From Basidiobolus meristosporus CBS 931.73 (taxonomy: Eukaryota; Fungi; Basidiobolomycota): DNA of 64,000 nt. The notes under the pieces are model-generated. The model was not told the DNA's origin. It ran no database searches and saw only the letters and a program-made list of their open reading frames with translations. Position 1 is the stretch's first letter; every line of letters begins with the position of its first letter. Where the stretch lies: assembly GCA_002104905.1 (NCBI GenBank), contig MCFE01000053.1, forward strand, positions 62,001-126,000, read 5' to 3'. The translations under genes were made by a program, and so were the position numbers. Positions 50,001 through 62,383 of the stretch are shown here, piece by piece.

Positions 50001-51088
50001 TGCAAGCCACAGTCAAGGAGATCACCAGAACCAATGCGATCTTGACCTTCTGCGTCAGCGACACCGGCATTGGAATCCAGAGCGACAAGTTTGATCTCAT
50101 CTTCGATACTTTCTCGCAAGCAGACGGGTCCACCACCCGTAAATACGGCGGTACCGGGCTGGGGCTTTCCATTTCCAAGCAGCTCGTACAGCTCATGGGT
50201 GGTGATTTGTGGGTGAACAGTGTCTACGGGGAGGGGAGTGACTTCTACTTCACCATCCTGTTCAAGCTTGGTGCCATGCCACCAGATCTATTGGAGCAGC
50301 GGATCAGCATGTTCCAGAAGCGACATGTCTTGTTCCTAAACACCAAAAACCATCCGGACAGTGAGAGCGTGTTCTGCATGCTCGAAGAACTCCGCCTCAA
50401 GCCAGTCAAGGTCACTTCCGCACAGGAAGCCATGGATGTTGCCGGCTCATCCAAGCCGGACACCCCGCTCTTCGAAATGATCATAGTAGATGACATACTG
50501 GATGTGGAGACGATTCGTTGTCACCCGTGCTTGAGATATGTGCCAGTCGTGTTGCTGGCTATCTCTATGCCTATGCAGCTGAAGATGAAGAACTGTATTG
50601 ACATGTTGATTACATCGTACATCAACGTCCCCGTGACTCTTCCCGAACTCACCAACGCCCTCATGCCCGCCTTGGAGTCCCATATCGCCATGGCCACCGA
50701 AAACACCGGGAAAACCATGAAGATTCTCTTAGCGGAGGACAACCTGGTGAACCAGAAACTTGCAGCGAAAATCTTGGAGAAGCATGGGCATGAGGTGACC
50801 ATCGTTTCCAATGGCTTATTAGCAGTTGAAGCGACCGAGCATTACAGATTTGATCTCATCCTGATGGATGTTCAAATGCCCATCATGGGTGGGTTCGAGG
50901 CAACCGCCCGCATCAGAGAAATGGAACGCACCACTGGCACGCACATTCCCATCATTGCACTTACTGCCCACGCGATGATCGGAGATCGGGAGAAATGCCT
51001 CACTGCCGGAATGGACGAATATGTGACCAAGCCATTGCGTTTCAACGAGTTTATTACTACAATCAACAAGTTTCGTAGTGTATCCTAG
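44007..51088 (+). CDS. NIK1: Group III hybrid histidine kinase (Nik1/Os-1 type): N-terminal coiled coil, 18 x 92-aa poly-HAMP units, HisKA, HATPase_c, receiver; five apparent +1 frameshifts in this sequence
   Basis: 276-bp repeat ([21 protein letters not shown]) from ~44600 to ~49400; [56 protein letters not shown] pieces step frame by +1 five times; the corrected length would be 2358 aa. No introns evident. Confidence 0.93.
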
Positions 51089-51183
51089 ATCCCACCGATT
51101 TTGACCTTAGAATAGTAATACCCTTTGATACGGACTCTTAATACATGTATATGTTAATTGTACAAATAAATCTGCCAATGGTA

Positions 51184-52484
51184 TCAAGATGTTGCTCTAT
51201 CAACCCCGAAGTCCAGGACTTCTATCCAGCCAGCATGCCCATACTTTTGCACTGCCGCTACACAGCGACGACGATCAAATTGAACTTGCGAAATACTCCG
51301 AAACCCAGTCAGAAGGTCTCGCACAAACTTTCCTGTACGAATGTCCCACATCTTCAGAGTTCCATCCGATCCCGAAATGACTTTGTCAGAGTTGTGCTGG
51401 AAGCATGTGATTGCCCCCGTATGGGCAGACAGAACATTCAGACACGTCCCATCCTCGGGCGACCAGATACGAAGTGTCGAGTCTGCAGCTGCTGAGACAA
51501 GGTACTCCGGCGTCAGGTTCAGTAGTCCCACAAGTGAGGAATGTCCTACATCAATATGGTTAAACGCGCTTCGAAACACATCTCACAAGTCTCCTGCTTA
51601 CCTTCCAGAACATGGAGGCACGTCCCATTCTCAAGACTCCAGACACGCACCGTACAGTCCATGCTGCCGCTCATGCAGCGCTTCCGCTTCTTGTCGATCA
51701 CTACGCTGTACACCTTCTGGGTGTGCCCGACCATTCGCCAGATATTCTCCCCAGTCATGTAGTTCCACACCCGCACCGTGGTATCGTAACTCCCGCTCAC
51801 AACCAGATTCCCTAGTCCTGCTATGGCCCTGACAGAGTGCGTGTGTCCGGTGAGAGTGTTGATCAGATACGGGTTAGCGTTGGACAGATTTATGGGCGAG
51901 CTGCTGTGGCTTGGCAGATATGGCGGGTCATGCGTCAATGATGGAAGCCGCCAGATCCGAAGCGTCGAGTCTCAGGAGCCTGTCACCACCACTGGAAATG
52001 GTGGCTCCATAATCGGTGGCCCACTCGTGTCGGGGTTCACGTTGGTTGGCATAATGATCTGCAAGCAACGAACAGTACTCGTGTGTCCATAAAAGATGTG
52101 TGTGCATACCCCCTCCTCCATATCCCACACTCGCACTGTCCGATCAGTTGATCCGGATACCAAGGTATTCCCTACGTATTGCAAAGCCCAGACGCCACCA
52201 TCGTGACCTTCTAAGCGCTTTCGTCGTTCACCAGTCATGATATCGTAGATATTGATATACTGATCTGAGGAGCAAACTATTTTGTCCTCATCGCATTGTA
52301 AACAGGCCACCATAGAATGGTCATGTGTTGGGAAAGATAACGACTGGGTTATTGTCATATCTGATTCCGTATGAAAGGTATTATGCGATTCTTCGGGTAG
52401 ACCAGAAGCAAGTATGGTGTTTGTTTCCCTCGGACCACTTTCAGGGCTGTCAATTTCGAAGTGGCTGGAGTGTCCAGCATTCAT
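51184..52484 (-). CDS. F-box-less WD40 paralog of CDC4 (one in-frame TGA; possibly a pseudogene)
   Basis: MNAGHSSHFE.. start at 52484, then Cdc4-type WD repeats; intron 51546-51601; TGA in GS(R>*)DS near 51970; own C-terminus ..EVLDFGVDRATS*. Confidence 0.75.
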
Positions 52485-53096
52485 TCTTTGACTAATACTG
52501 GAATGCTTTACCAGAGTTGCTAAGCGTAAAGCAACAGTTCTACTTTATCCACGTTGGTTTAGGTGGAGGTAAAAGGCTTCAATATGTATGAGAGGGAAAT
52601 CAAGGACAGTGGTGGAGTAGAGCCAGATAAGAAGTTGCTGACGCCATTCTAGGTTAATGTTAATTGGGGGTGCGGCATAGTGGAGTGCAACGTGACATAC
52701 TGGTAATGAAGTTCAATTGAAACAACCAACAATCCATAGTAGATATAGAACAAGCCACAGCCTGACGCCCGTTGTATATTTTCCTATGACTCGACTATCT
52801 TTAAGACCTGCTGCTAGTTTATTATGCTTGAGAGGTGAACACATACACATATATATATGTAGAGTAGATTGCTTGGCTAAATGTCCAAAAGGTCGATTGG
52901 TCCACATTAGATGTCAGGAATTGTCCATGGCAAAATAGATAAAGATAAAGCTCGCTTGTATGGATAATGAGATGCAGTACTAGTAAAGGCTATGGAGGAT
53001 ACAAATTTCAACAAAAGTAAGAGAACAAGGAAGATTAAGTCGAAGGACTGGAGTGTGTGATTAAGTGTACATGAAGAGCAGAGTAAAATACTATAT

Positions 53097-56000
53097 CTAA
53101 TGTCCAAAATGATTTTGTGAAGAACTCGAATGCAACGATGATGCAAGAGTTAAATGGTGATTCGAGGGCGGGAAATGAATCTGTGATGGAAGACGTGGAT
53201 ATGGGTGTAGAATCATCTCCTGTGTGTCATCATGGGTTTCGGTGTCGAGTGAAGCTTCAATGTCCCTTCTCTTAAGCTCACTGCTAGCGGCTGTAGCATC
53301 AATGCCTTCAACTCCAAAGTCCAATACTTCGAACCATGTGGAGGCATTCTTCTGTACTGCTGCCACGCAACGACGATGATCAAATTGAACTTGCCACACG
53401 CCCGATAACCCAGTCAGAAGGTCTCGCACAAACTTTCCTGTACGAATGTCCCACATCTTCAGAGTTCCATCCGATCCCGAAATGACTTTGTCAGCGTTGT
53501 GCTGGAAGCATGTGATTGCCCCCGTATGGGCAGACAGAACATTCAGACACGTCCCATCCTCGGGCGACCAGATACGAAGTGTCGAGTCTGCAGCTGCTGA
53601 GACAAGGTACTCCGGCGTCAGGTTCAGTAGTCCCACAAGTGAGGAATGTCCTACATCAATATGGTTAAACGCGCTTCGAAACACATCTCACAAGTCTCCT
53701 GCTTACCTTCCAGAACATGGAGGCACGTCCCATTCTCAAGACTCCAGACACGCACCGTACAGTCCATGCTGCCGCTCATGCAGCGCTTCGCTTCTTGTCG
53801 ATCACTACGCTGTACACCTTCTGGGTGTGCCCGACCATTCGCCAGATATTCTCCCCGGTCATGTAGTTCCACACCCGCACCGTGGTATCGTAACTCCCGC
53901 TCACAACCAGATTCCCTAGTCCTGCTATGGCCCTGACAGAGTGCGTGTGTCCGGTGAGAGTGTTGATCAGATACGGGTTAGCGTTGGACAGATTTATGGG
54001 CGAGCTGCTGTGGCTTGGCAGATATGGCGGGTCATGCGTCAATGATGGAAGCCGCCAGATCCGAAGCGTCGAGTCTCGGGAGCCTGTCACCACCACTGGA
54101 AATGGTGGCTCCATAATCGGTGGCCCACTCGTGTCGGGGTTCACGTTGGTTGGCATAATGATCTGCAAGCAACGAACAGTACTCGTGTGTCCATAAAAGA
54201 TGTGTGTGCATACCCCCTCCTCCATATCCCACACTCGCACTGTCCGATCAGTTGATCCGGATACCAAGGTATTCCCTACGTATTGCAAAGCCCAGACACC
54301 ACCATCGTGACCTTCTAAGCGCTTTCGTAGTTCACCGGTCTTGATATCGTAGACATTGATGCACTGATCCTCTGAACCAGAAACGATTTTGTCCGCATCG
54401 AATTGTAAACAGGTAACCACAGAATGGCCGTGTCCCGGGAACGATAGTGGCTGGGCTTTTCCTTCTAACCAGTTTCGTCGAATTAGGTGATGACGACGAA
54501 ACACTTGCTTATAACCATGATCGGCAATGCTGGAGGCTAATGGGGGCTCCTGGGAAGAGGCCTCTAAACCAAGATATTCTTTTTGAAAATGAGCAACTTC
54601 ATTTTCAAGTGCATGGGCCTTGGATAATTCCTCGACTGGAATAGCTTGACTTATAGTAGCATCCTTCATGATAATATCACTGTTGTCCAGTTGAGGAAGG
54701 GCTTCATTTCTACGCTCCAGGGGTTCAGTCTTACAGGCATGCAAGATTTTGCCATCATTGCTAAGAATGCAGCGCCTCTCTTTAAACCTTGATAGAAAGT
54801 CTTCATCCTCTTCGTCAATGATGTATCCTTGTCGTTCAATTAGGTTTTTCCAGGTAGTTGGGTCGGAATCGATCACCTTTCGCCACTGCTTACTGACTTG
54901 CGCGGCTTTGCACATACTTTTGCAATCCAAGAAACTCGCAATCTTTAGGCTTAAGCAGAAAGGGAGGAGTCCAATAAAGTCTCGTTTGAGTGTAGGGATT
55001 ATAACTGAGCTGACGTACTGAAGAGTATTTGTAGGGCATCTGCGAAGCATCTGAAACAGCATGTACGATTGAAGAGAGTGAGGAAGTGAATCGAAGGAGC
55101 CCAGCATATCCACCAAGCCGGATGTCGATATGGCCTCCTTCTTAGAGCCGATATTGCAATTAACTAATGAAACCTTCCGTTGTAGGCTCCTTTGTTGCAT
55201 CACTGACAGCTTCTTCTGGTAAGTCCTCGTGTATGAATGGAATATTTCGATCCGAAAGGGTTGTGGGTGACAAACAAGGAGAGGGTAGCGCTGGAGATGC
55301 GGGTTCGTTCCATGCACCATCTTGTCTAGGATCGTTCAATATAGAGGCCAAAGAAGTAGGGATCTCATATTCCTCTGGTTCGTATGTGGAATCACCTGAG
55401 GGAGTATACACCTCCTTCTGAAACCTTGATGAGACGGTATGTGGTGGGGTTTCTATGTGAATTGAAGGTTTAGGTTTTTTGCGAGGGTTTTCTCTGATTG
55501 GAGTATCTTGGCAAGCCTCTATAGTGGAATTGTCTGCAACTACTGCAGAACGCTTCAGATCTTTGTTCGTGGCAGTCACCAAGAAATCTTCCGGTTTTGT
55601 AACGGTGATGCTGCTATTAACCTAGTATAAAATGCCCACAAAAAGTAAGGAACATGGTGTAGAGTGAAGAATCAAGCACAATTACCTGCTGATTGTGTGA
55701 ATCAAACGAGCTATGTTCCTGGAATATTGTTGTATGTCCTTTGAAATTGAAAGTGAAATTTTTCAACGCAGGCGGAGTAGGCACATGAGCAAGAGGGTAG
55801 AGCTGCGGATCGAGGCTCTGATATGAGGGCGGTTGAAAATACAAAGGAGGATATGAGGTTGTAGTTGTAGTGGTGACTATGGTGGTGGTAGTAATTGGAC
55901 CTAAAGAAATGGTAGCAAATGTGTCTTGAGGAACTCGAGAAGAAGTCTGGTTATTTGGCCCTATCAGATCGCCTTCAGAACTAGTGATTGTAGAAAGTTC

Positions 56001-56100
56001 AGGAATTTCTGAATACATTGCTAACTCCGGGCCCTGTAAGGGTGAAGGGCTAGTGCTTTTAGAAGTCTTTGTATTTGGAACGGTAGTGCTACTTAACGTG
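53097..56100 (-). CDS. CDC4: SCF F-box/WD40 substrate receptor, Cdc4/Fbw7 family (5' end approximate)
   Basis: N-terminal TTTTIVTTTTTTSYPPL / YPLAHVPTP / LPSPCLSP; dimerisation + F-box (..LKRDFIGLLPFCLSLKIASFLD..VSKQW); WD40 repeats. Predicted introns 55622-55685, 55141-55207, 53651-53706. One missing base near 53789 relative to the paralog. Confidence 0.9.
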
Positions 56101-56896
56101 CACTATTTTTTACAGAAAAGCTGAGAACCTTCAACTGGGGGGTGTAGCTCTAGATCCGAACTGCAGTCTTGGGATTCTATCGTACAAACGTACTGGAAGA
56201 TATAAATAGAATAGTAAATGTATCAACTCAAGAGATTTACTGTTGGAGGAGGAGGGGAATGAGAAAGAAGATAATAGTACTACCTGGGGCGTAGATGAAG
56301 AATTGGAGAAAAGTCACTTGTGATCGTAAATTAGCAATAGAAACAGTAAAAATAGTGATGTTTGAAAAAACAATAGTGATAATACTACGATTTGGGGATG
56401 CCCACAACACGTGCAATTAGTGACTGGAATCTATCATTGAATTTGGGCCGATATCTGCTGAGACAGGCATATAATCTGGCCAGGAGGATGGGGAAATCAC
56501 AGAACGCTGATAATTTCAGATGAAACAGAGAATATCGCTTCATGATACATGTGTGGGTTTACGTGTCCATTATTTCATATATAATAGACTGGTATTAAAA
56601 TTCTCGACTACAAAGAAAGGGGGAATTTTTGGGTCTTTATTCGCTTGCTCCATTTGGTCTTCTATTAATTCCATCGATATCACGAGAATCAAAACTGTTG
56701 GCCGATGTCTGGAAGGTTCGCATCCACAATGAATAGACTCGACCTGCCCCAATGGACAGTGAATTTCCATTGTTGGTCTTTGTATGGCAGAAGATCACTT
56801 CATTGGAGAAAGGATACTATGAAGAGATCTTTATTGATATGTTTAACAAGCAAGAGTGTCTCGAGGTATGTGATATCTAAGTCATCATGAATCCCT

Positions 56897-57155
56897 TCAA
56901 TCTAAATGAGGTTCACGGCGGTTTTTGATGATTATGTACCAAGCGTGGGCAACACCTAAAACATACAGATGAAAGATTAGTATGCAGAAGCGCAACAGTA
57001 TTCTCGTTTAAGTTACCTGGAAGCCATCCAAGAATGGTAAGACCAAGGTTAATCCAAAAGTCCGCTTTGAGACCGCGCTTTAGAAAAACTGCAAGCGGCG
57101 GAAGAAATAATGCCAAAAGTAGTTCCAAGATCTCGTTAGATGTAAGGTTAGCCAT
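56897..57155 (-). CDS. PMP3: Plasma-membrane proteolipid Pmp3/RCI2 family, 65 aa
   Basis: ILELLLALFLPPLAVFLKRG..DFWINLGLTILGWLPG|VAHAWYII with a GT-AG intron at 56956-57016 restoring the family motif. Confidence 0.92.
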
Positions 57156-57631
57156 GTTGATAAGGTGGATTAATTCCGTCGGAAGGGGTAACTAGCAGCT
57201 GGTATTTAAGCAAAATCCATAGTCACATGGCTGACTAAGGAGTCACTTCAGTGCGCAGTATAGAGTAGCTAACGGAATACAATGGCCATGTGATGAAGAT
57301 CGTACAATGTTTGGAGCAAAGACATGGCTCACCAGCTCACCATCACCTATAACAAGAGTATTCTACATTGGTTACATCAACGCTGCATATGAAGCTTACG
57401 AACGCTACAGTCTCATAGGAATGGTTTATTCATTTATGCGGTTCGGATAGGAGGCACAGGGTGCTACTGCCTGCATATCGGTTGATGATAAATACCAACT
57501 CAAACAAATATGGTGATAGAATGATAAATACCTACTCAACAAATATAGTGATAGGGTGCCAAATATAGGCGATGAAATTAAATAATGTATCCAGACAGGG
57601 TTAAGAATAGTCTCAAATAAGAGCCCCTGGC

Positions 57632-58406
57632 TCAGATACGGGGCTTGGGTTTGGCTGAGGAGGAGATAACTGGGCCAGGTTGAGATTGCTCTGGGAAGGG
57701 ACCTGGGTTAATTCCGTAGCAAATCTCAATCAAAGTAAGTGAGCAACATACCGGACAATCGAATCCCGCTTTGCTTCTGATCTTGGGAACAAACCCGGTG
57801 AATGCCAGCATCCTGAAGTTCAAGTCAATCTCATAATCCATATCGATGCTTCCTTTCTTTTGGCCAGAAATACTCGATCCGCATCGGGATATCAGATCTT
57901 GAAGGATCAATTTCTGAGGATCGTTCGTAATGTTGTAGTGAATGCTCAATGGAAACAGTAGAACATTCATGGCCTTCTTCATGATCGTAACATCTTTGAT
58001 GCTTCCGTTCCCGAGAACAACATCTGGCATAGCGGGATGGAATGCCTGAAATGCCAAGGGTGAGTCCAGGAGAAGTTTGGGGAAGAGGGGACTATATTAC
58101 CGTAGCCTTGATTTCGTCGAAATTGATGGTGATGTAATTGGGGTTATCGATGGTTATATTTACACGGAGGTTGAATATTAGTTCGGTGTTGCCACGGACT
58201 TGGAATGTCTCGGTAATATTCTCAGCACTGGCCACCCCTGAGAATTTCACCTCAGGAACTCTCACCCACAGAAAAAATGCGATCAAGCCACCAGCAGTAA
58301 CTAGAATCAGGAAAAGGCAGAGCAGAAAGTATAGACAACCACAACTGCAGCATCTCGAGCGCGCAACCTGGTGGTTTTGCTTTGTGATTGATTTCTCAAC
58401 TGTCAT
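57632..58406 (-). CDS. Single-pass membrane protein, LEA_2 / NDR1-HIN1-like (3' end uncertain)
   Basis: RCCSCGC + transmembrane helix + WVRVPEVKF + ITIDNPNYITINFDEIKAT; intron 58046-58100; DLISRCG..FDCP. Confidence 0.75.
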
Positions 58407-59004
58407 GCTGTAGTAGTCTAAGAGAGGTGAGTAATATATAATTAGTGTGGGTGGCAAGTCAGCTGGATGCTCTTTTAAAGGTTTCATTGATCTGTCCTCA
58501 AAACGCCCTGCATCACCCTCTGGATTATTTTACCGTCAGAGCCTAACGCTAGCCGGAAAATTAGATACTTGTTGCATCTGGATGAACTCCGATAACTTTA
58601 CTGCTCTATGTGTGCTTACGGAGATCCATCAACCTGGTTAGAGGGAATGTCGATATTGCAGCTTAGTGGAGGAAATCCAAGTAACCGTGATCGGGACTTT
58701 CACAAGAGAATGGGCGCATAACTCCGAGTGAGAGAACAGCAAGCGAATTCTATTCATACGCACCAACACTTTTCAAGCTAGGATTTATGATGGATTTCAT
58801 CCTAATAATATTTAACCATATCTTTCTGAACCAATTGAAAAGTGTGTTTTGATTAATCTGCTAATGTTTGTTTACATCAAGGATGGTGACAGTGGATTGA
58901 ACGAACTTGGGGATTGATAAATAATTGTCTTTACGACATCCGCTGTATTCAACACTACCCCTCCTATCCGTACATCTCTTTATATCCAGCAAGCCTCCTA
59001 CAGC

Positions 59005-60808
59005 ATGGACCAAGGGAAACAGAACAAAGCTTCCTATATCTTCCCCACTTTGAAGCCTTCAGAGATTATAATATGTATGCGTGATTTGCAGATCCCTTTT
59101 GCCGAGGAGGATCTGAGCAAGCCTACCGCCTTGAGGTTGGCCTTTGTATTTGAAGCCTTTGTGGATATATTCATGGGTATTCCAAAGGAGCAATTCGAAC
59201 AGCCCTCTGCTGAGGTCATTGATCTACTTGAAAACCCGGAAATCCATATGACCGCCTTGACCCAGATGTCTTTCTTCACCAAGCTGTAAGTGGTTTGTTC
59301 ACCACACCCCGAAATCCATGCGCTAACGACCTACTACTTTTTACCTAGTAACAAGCTTATGCTTGAGATCGGTGTCGACGATTTCAGCCTGAGAGATATC
59401 CTGAAACCCGAGCCAATCCACGTTCGTAAGATTCTCAGTGCACTCATCAATTTCGCCAAGTTCCGCGAAGAGAGAATGTGTGTTTACGAACAATACGCAC
59501 ACAAGCTTGTAAGCAAACAAAAGGACATTTTGGGAAGTTGTTCATGTTGCTAATATAGTCCTCTAGGAAGAGTATGCGGAAAAGAAACACCTGCTTGAAG
59601 AACAGCAGCAAGAGCTTGTGGAGAAACTTACCGCAATCAAGTAGGAAATCATAGCTACCGTGTGTCACATACTCGTATTCATGAAAGATTTCATTGATAA
59701 GATTGCAGCGTGAAGAGGAAGAGCCGGCTACCAAAGGCCTCTTGGATGCTAATGCTGAATGGACACGTGGTCTCAAAGATCTTAAAAAGCAGCAGATCGC
59801 CCTCTCTTCTGATATTGATGCTTTGAAGAAAGTCCGGAACGATTTGAACGACAAACTGGTAGGCAAATGGATACTGAAAGCGCGTGCTGTTCACCAGATT
59901 GACCAAGATCCTCGATTGTAATCAACTAGACCAACACCCAATTCCTTGTGATGAATTGTAAACAAGATTGCGACAAGATCCGCTCCCTAATCGTTCACAG
60001 TCCCGAAAAATTGGTACAATTGCTGGAGGAATTAAACGCATCTCTGCTCAATGCCAAAAACAGCATCGCCGCCGGGGAGAAGAAGATCAGAGAATATCAA
60101 TCCAAGATCGATATGATGGCGTTTGTTGAACAGGTGATTAACAGGAATTCGTCGGATCATTTGCACATCCCACTAACGGTTCAAATCAACACCCATCTAG
60201 GATGTCTCGTCGTCAATCAAACTGTTGGAGGAGTGTGAAACGGAGATGAACAAATACGATGCTGCGTTGCACAAGGTTGACAACACCAAGGAGGAAATCG
60301 AGAAGAAAAATGCCAAAACTCGGGACCTGAACAGCAAAGAGCAGGTATGTAATTGTTCGGAGATTGAAGCAGAACAGTGCATGCATACTAACCTTTCTTT
60401 GTCTAATAGCAACTATCTCGTCAACTGGTTGCCTCCCAGGAAAAGATCGCTCGTCTGCAAAAACACCAACAAATGAAGCGTGAAACGATCGAAGAAAAAC
60501 TGACCACACTTCGTGAAGAGTATAGCGTGATTTCCGCCGAGAGAACGAGCGCGCAAGCCAAAATCGATGAACATAAACGTATCGTCGACGAAATGGAACA
60601 GAAGGTAGATTATGTCACTTTGCCTTGACCCATGTCGAGTTGAGCTAACTCACTCCACCAGATTGCTGAACTTCGCCGAAACACCGAGATCGAAATGTCC
60701 AACATCCAAGCGGAATACGCCCATCTCAAAAATCAAGTGGACCACTATCAAGCGCAGCTTCTGCAAGCGATAAGCAAGCAGCTGAGTCCGGTCGCACTTT
60801 CCAATTGA
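59005..60808 (+). CDS. NUF2: Kinetochore Ndc80-complex subunit Nuf2 (multi-exon)
   Basis: FPTLKPSEIIICMRDLQI and GVDDFSLRDILKPEP..KILSALINFAKFREE (Nuf2 CH domain) followed by coiled-coil exons separated by short GT-AG introns; stop TGA 60806-60808. Confidence 0.9.
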
Positions 60809-62383
60809 AATCACCGAAATCTTATCCCGAATTCACGTCTTTGCTATCCACAATTCAGCTCTCACTCCTTGATCATATAGATATCGCAAGCTAGCCTTGT
60901 CACTGCGAGAGATTTAAATTGACTTGTCTGTAGAAGTTTTTTGACCAATTTGATCCACATAAACATTGTAAATCACCATCAAGGGACGTGTGCGCTCGTG
61001 TGGAGTGGGAATAGAGTTGACCACATTTGGAATCGGCACCCTAAAACCAATTGTGGACTCGAAACCCATCGTCAACAATGGCGGGTGCTCTGGTCTTCAC
61101 ATATTTCTATGAATCATTAAACCAAGTGCGAATGTGGCGAGATAACGATGTGGTGCAAATCGATCCGGAAATCCATTTAGATTCATATATATCCCAAACT
61201 GCACGGTATCAAGATCTCGCGTCCATGAAGAAGAGATTGGGGCCAATCCATACGCCCTGAAGTGTTGCTTCAGGTCCACCAACTTTAGCCTAAAGCTTGC
61301 TATAGTAGAGGCAGCGGCCCCAGGTTTGAAGGAAGGGGAAGGAAATCTATTCGGTAGCTCCGCCAACCTACCTCATTCTATATAGAAACCGCGGTGCTGA
61401 TCATATGGAAGGGTTCTATTTAATATAACCTATTCCATCACTAAAGAAATTCATCACATTGATTGTGGCTTTCAGATTGAAAAAATTTCAGCAACGTTTC
61501 TGTGATAAGATTGTGCATTGTTTTGCTAGGTGGTTTAGACATTCTAGGCCTGAGACATTGACTAGCAAAAGTCCGAGTCACCAAGACGGGTAGCACATCT
61601 GGGTGTTCTCCAAACAGTCACCTGTGTGTGGCACACTGCAAGTAGCACTGCATCATATGTACGAAGGAGTGGCAACAGTAGTAAACAAAAGCCATACGAA
61701 ATGGATGCGTTACCCAGTGCAATACACGGCACCTGATGGGTTCCAGATACCCTGGTAACCTCTCCAATCAGTCACCACACGCTCGGCTGGGGCAGTGTAA
61801 GTTACTAGCCCCTCGAAACACCCACGGCCCCTAACCAACTGGATCCCTCGGATCGCTTCGTCATAAGCCAGCACTAGTTCCATATTCGTTTGTCAATTTA
61901 ACCAGTCTCCGAGCGCTGGTCAGTTGTAAACAACTCAGAAACTGAAGTAGGTCGGGATCCTGATCAACTGTGGAGTTATTTTTGGAAGGGTAATCTTCGG
62001 CTGGCAATCTTCAATCTGTATGTTCGAGGATTGAAAACCTCTATGCTTCAATGCCTCAATGCCTCAATGATCCTGGTCGTAAAAATACCCAAGCTCAGAC
62101 CAAATCCATCCATTTGTACAACAGGGGTGTATCCATCGTATTTTTAAGCGGCCCAACGTCACAGAAGGCCCGAATTGAATTCACTCAATCATTGCCTTTT
62201 TTTGTATTGTTATTGTCTTGACCCGACTTGATCTGAATATTTTGTAATTTATCTGTAGAGTGTCTCTTTTCTGGATTGTTTCGATATTTGTGCTTTGAGA
62301 GCGCACTTCCATCCCCACTATTATCTTCTGAGTCTATTGTTTCCTTGAGTTGCGCTCTTTAGTGCTCAGGTATCCCTTCAGCT

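Noticed and set aside
44385-50811. Many antisense ORFs over the kinase, WD40 and Copia genes
   Set aside because: Shadow frames of repetitive or codon-biased coding sequence with no independent motifs.
44007-51088. Direct bacterial horizontal transfer of the kinase
   Set aside because: The architecture and N-terminal coiled coil match fungal group III kinases, so there is no support without a phylogeny.
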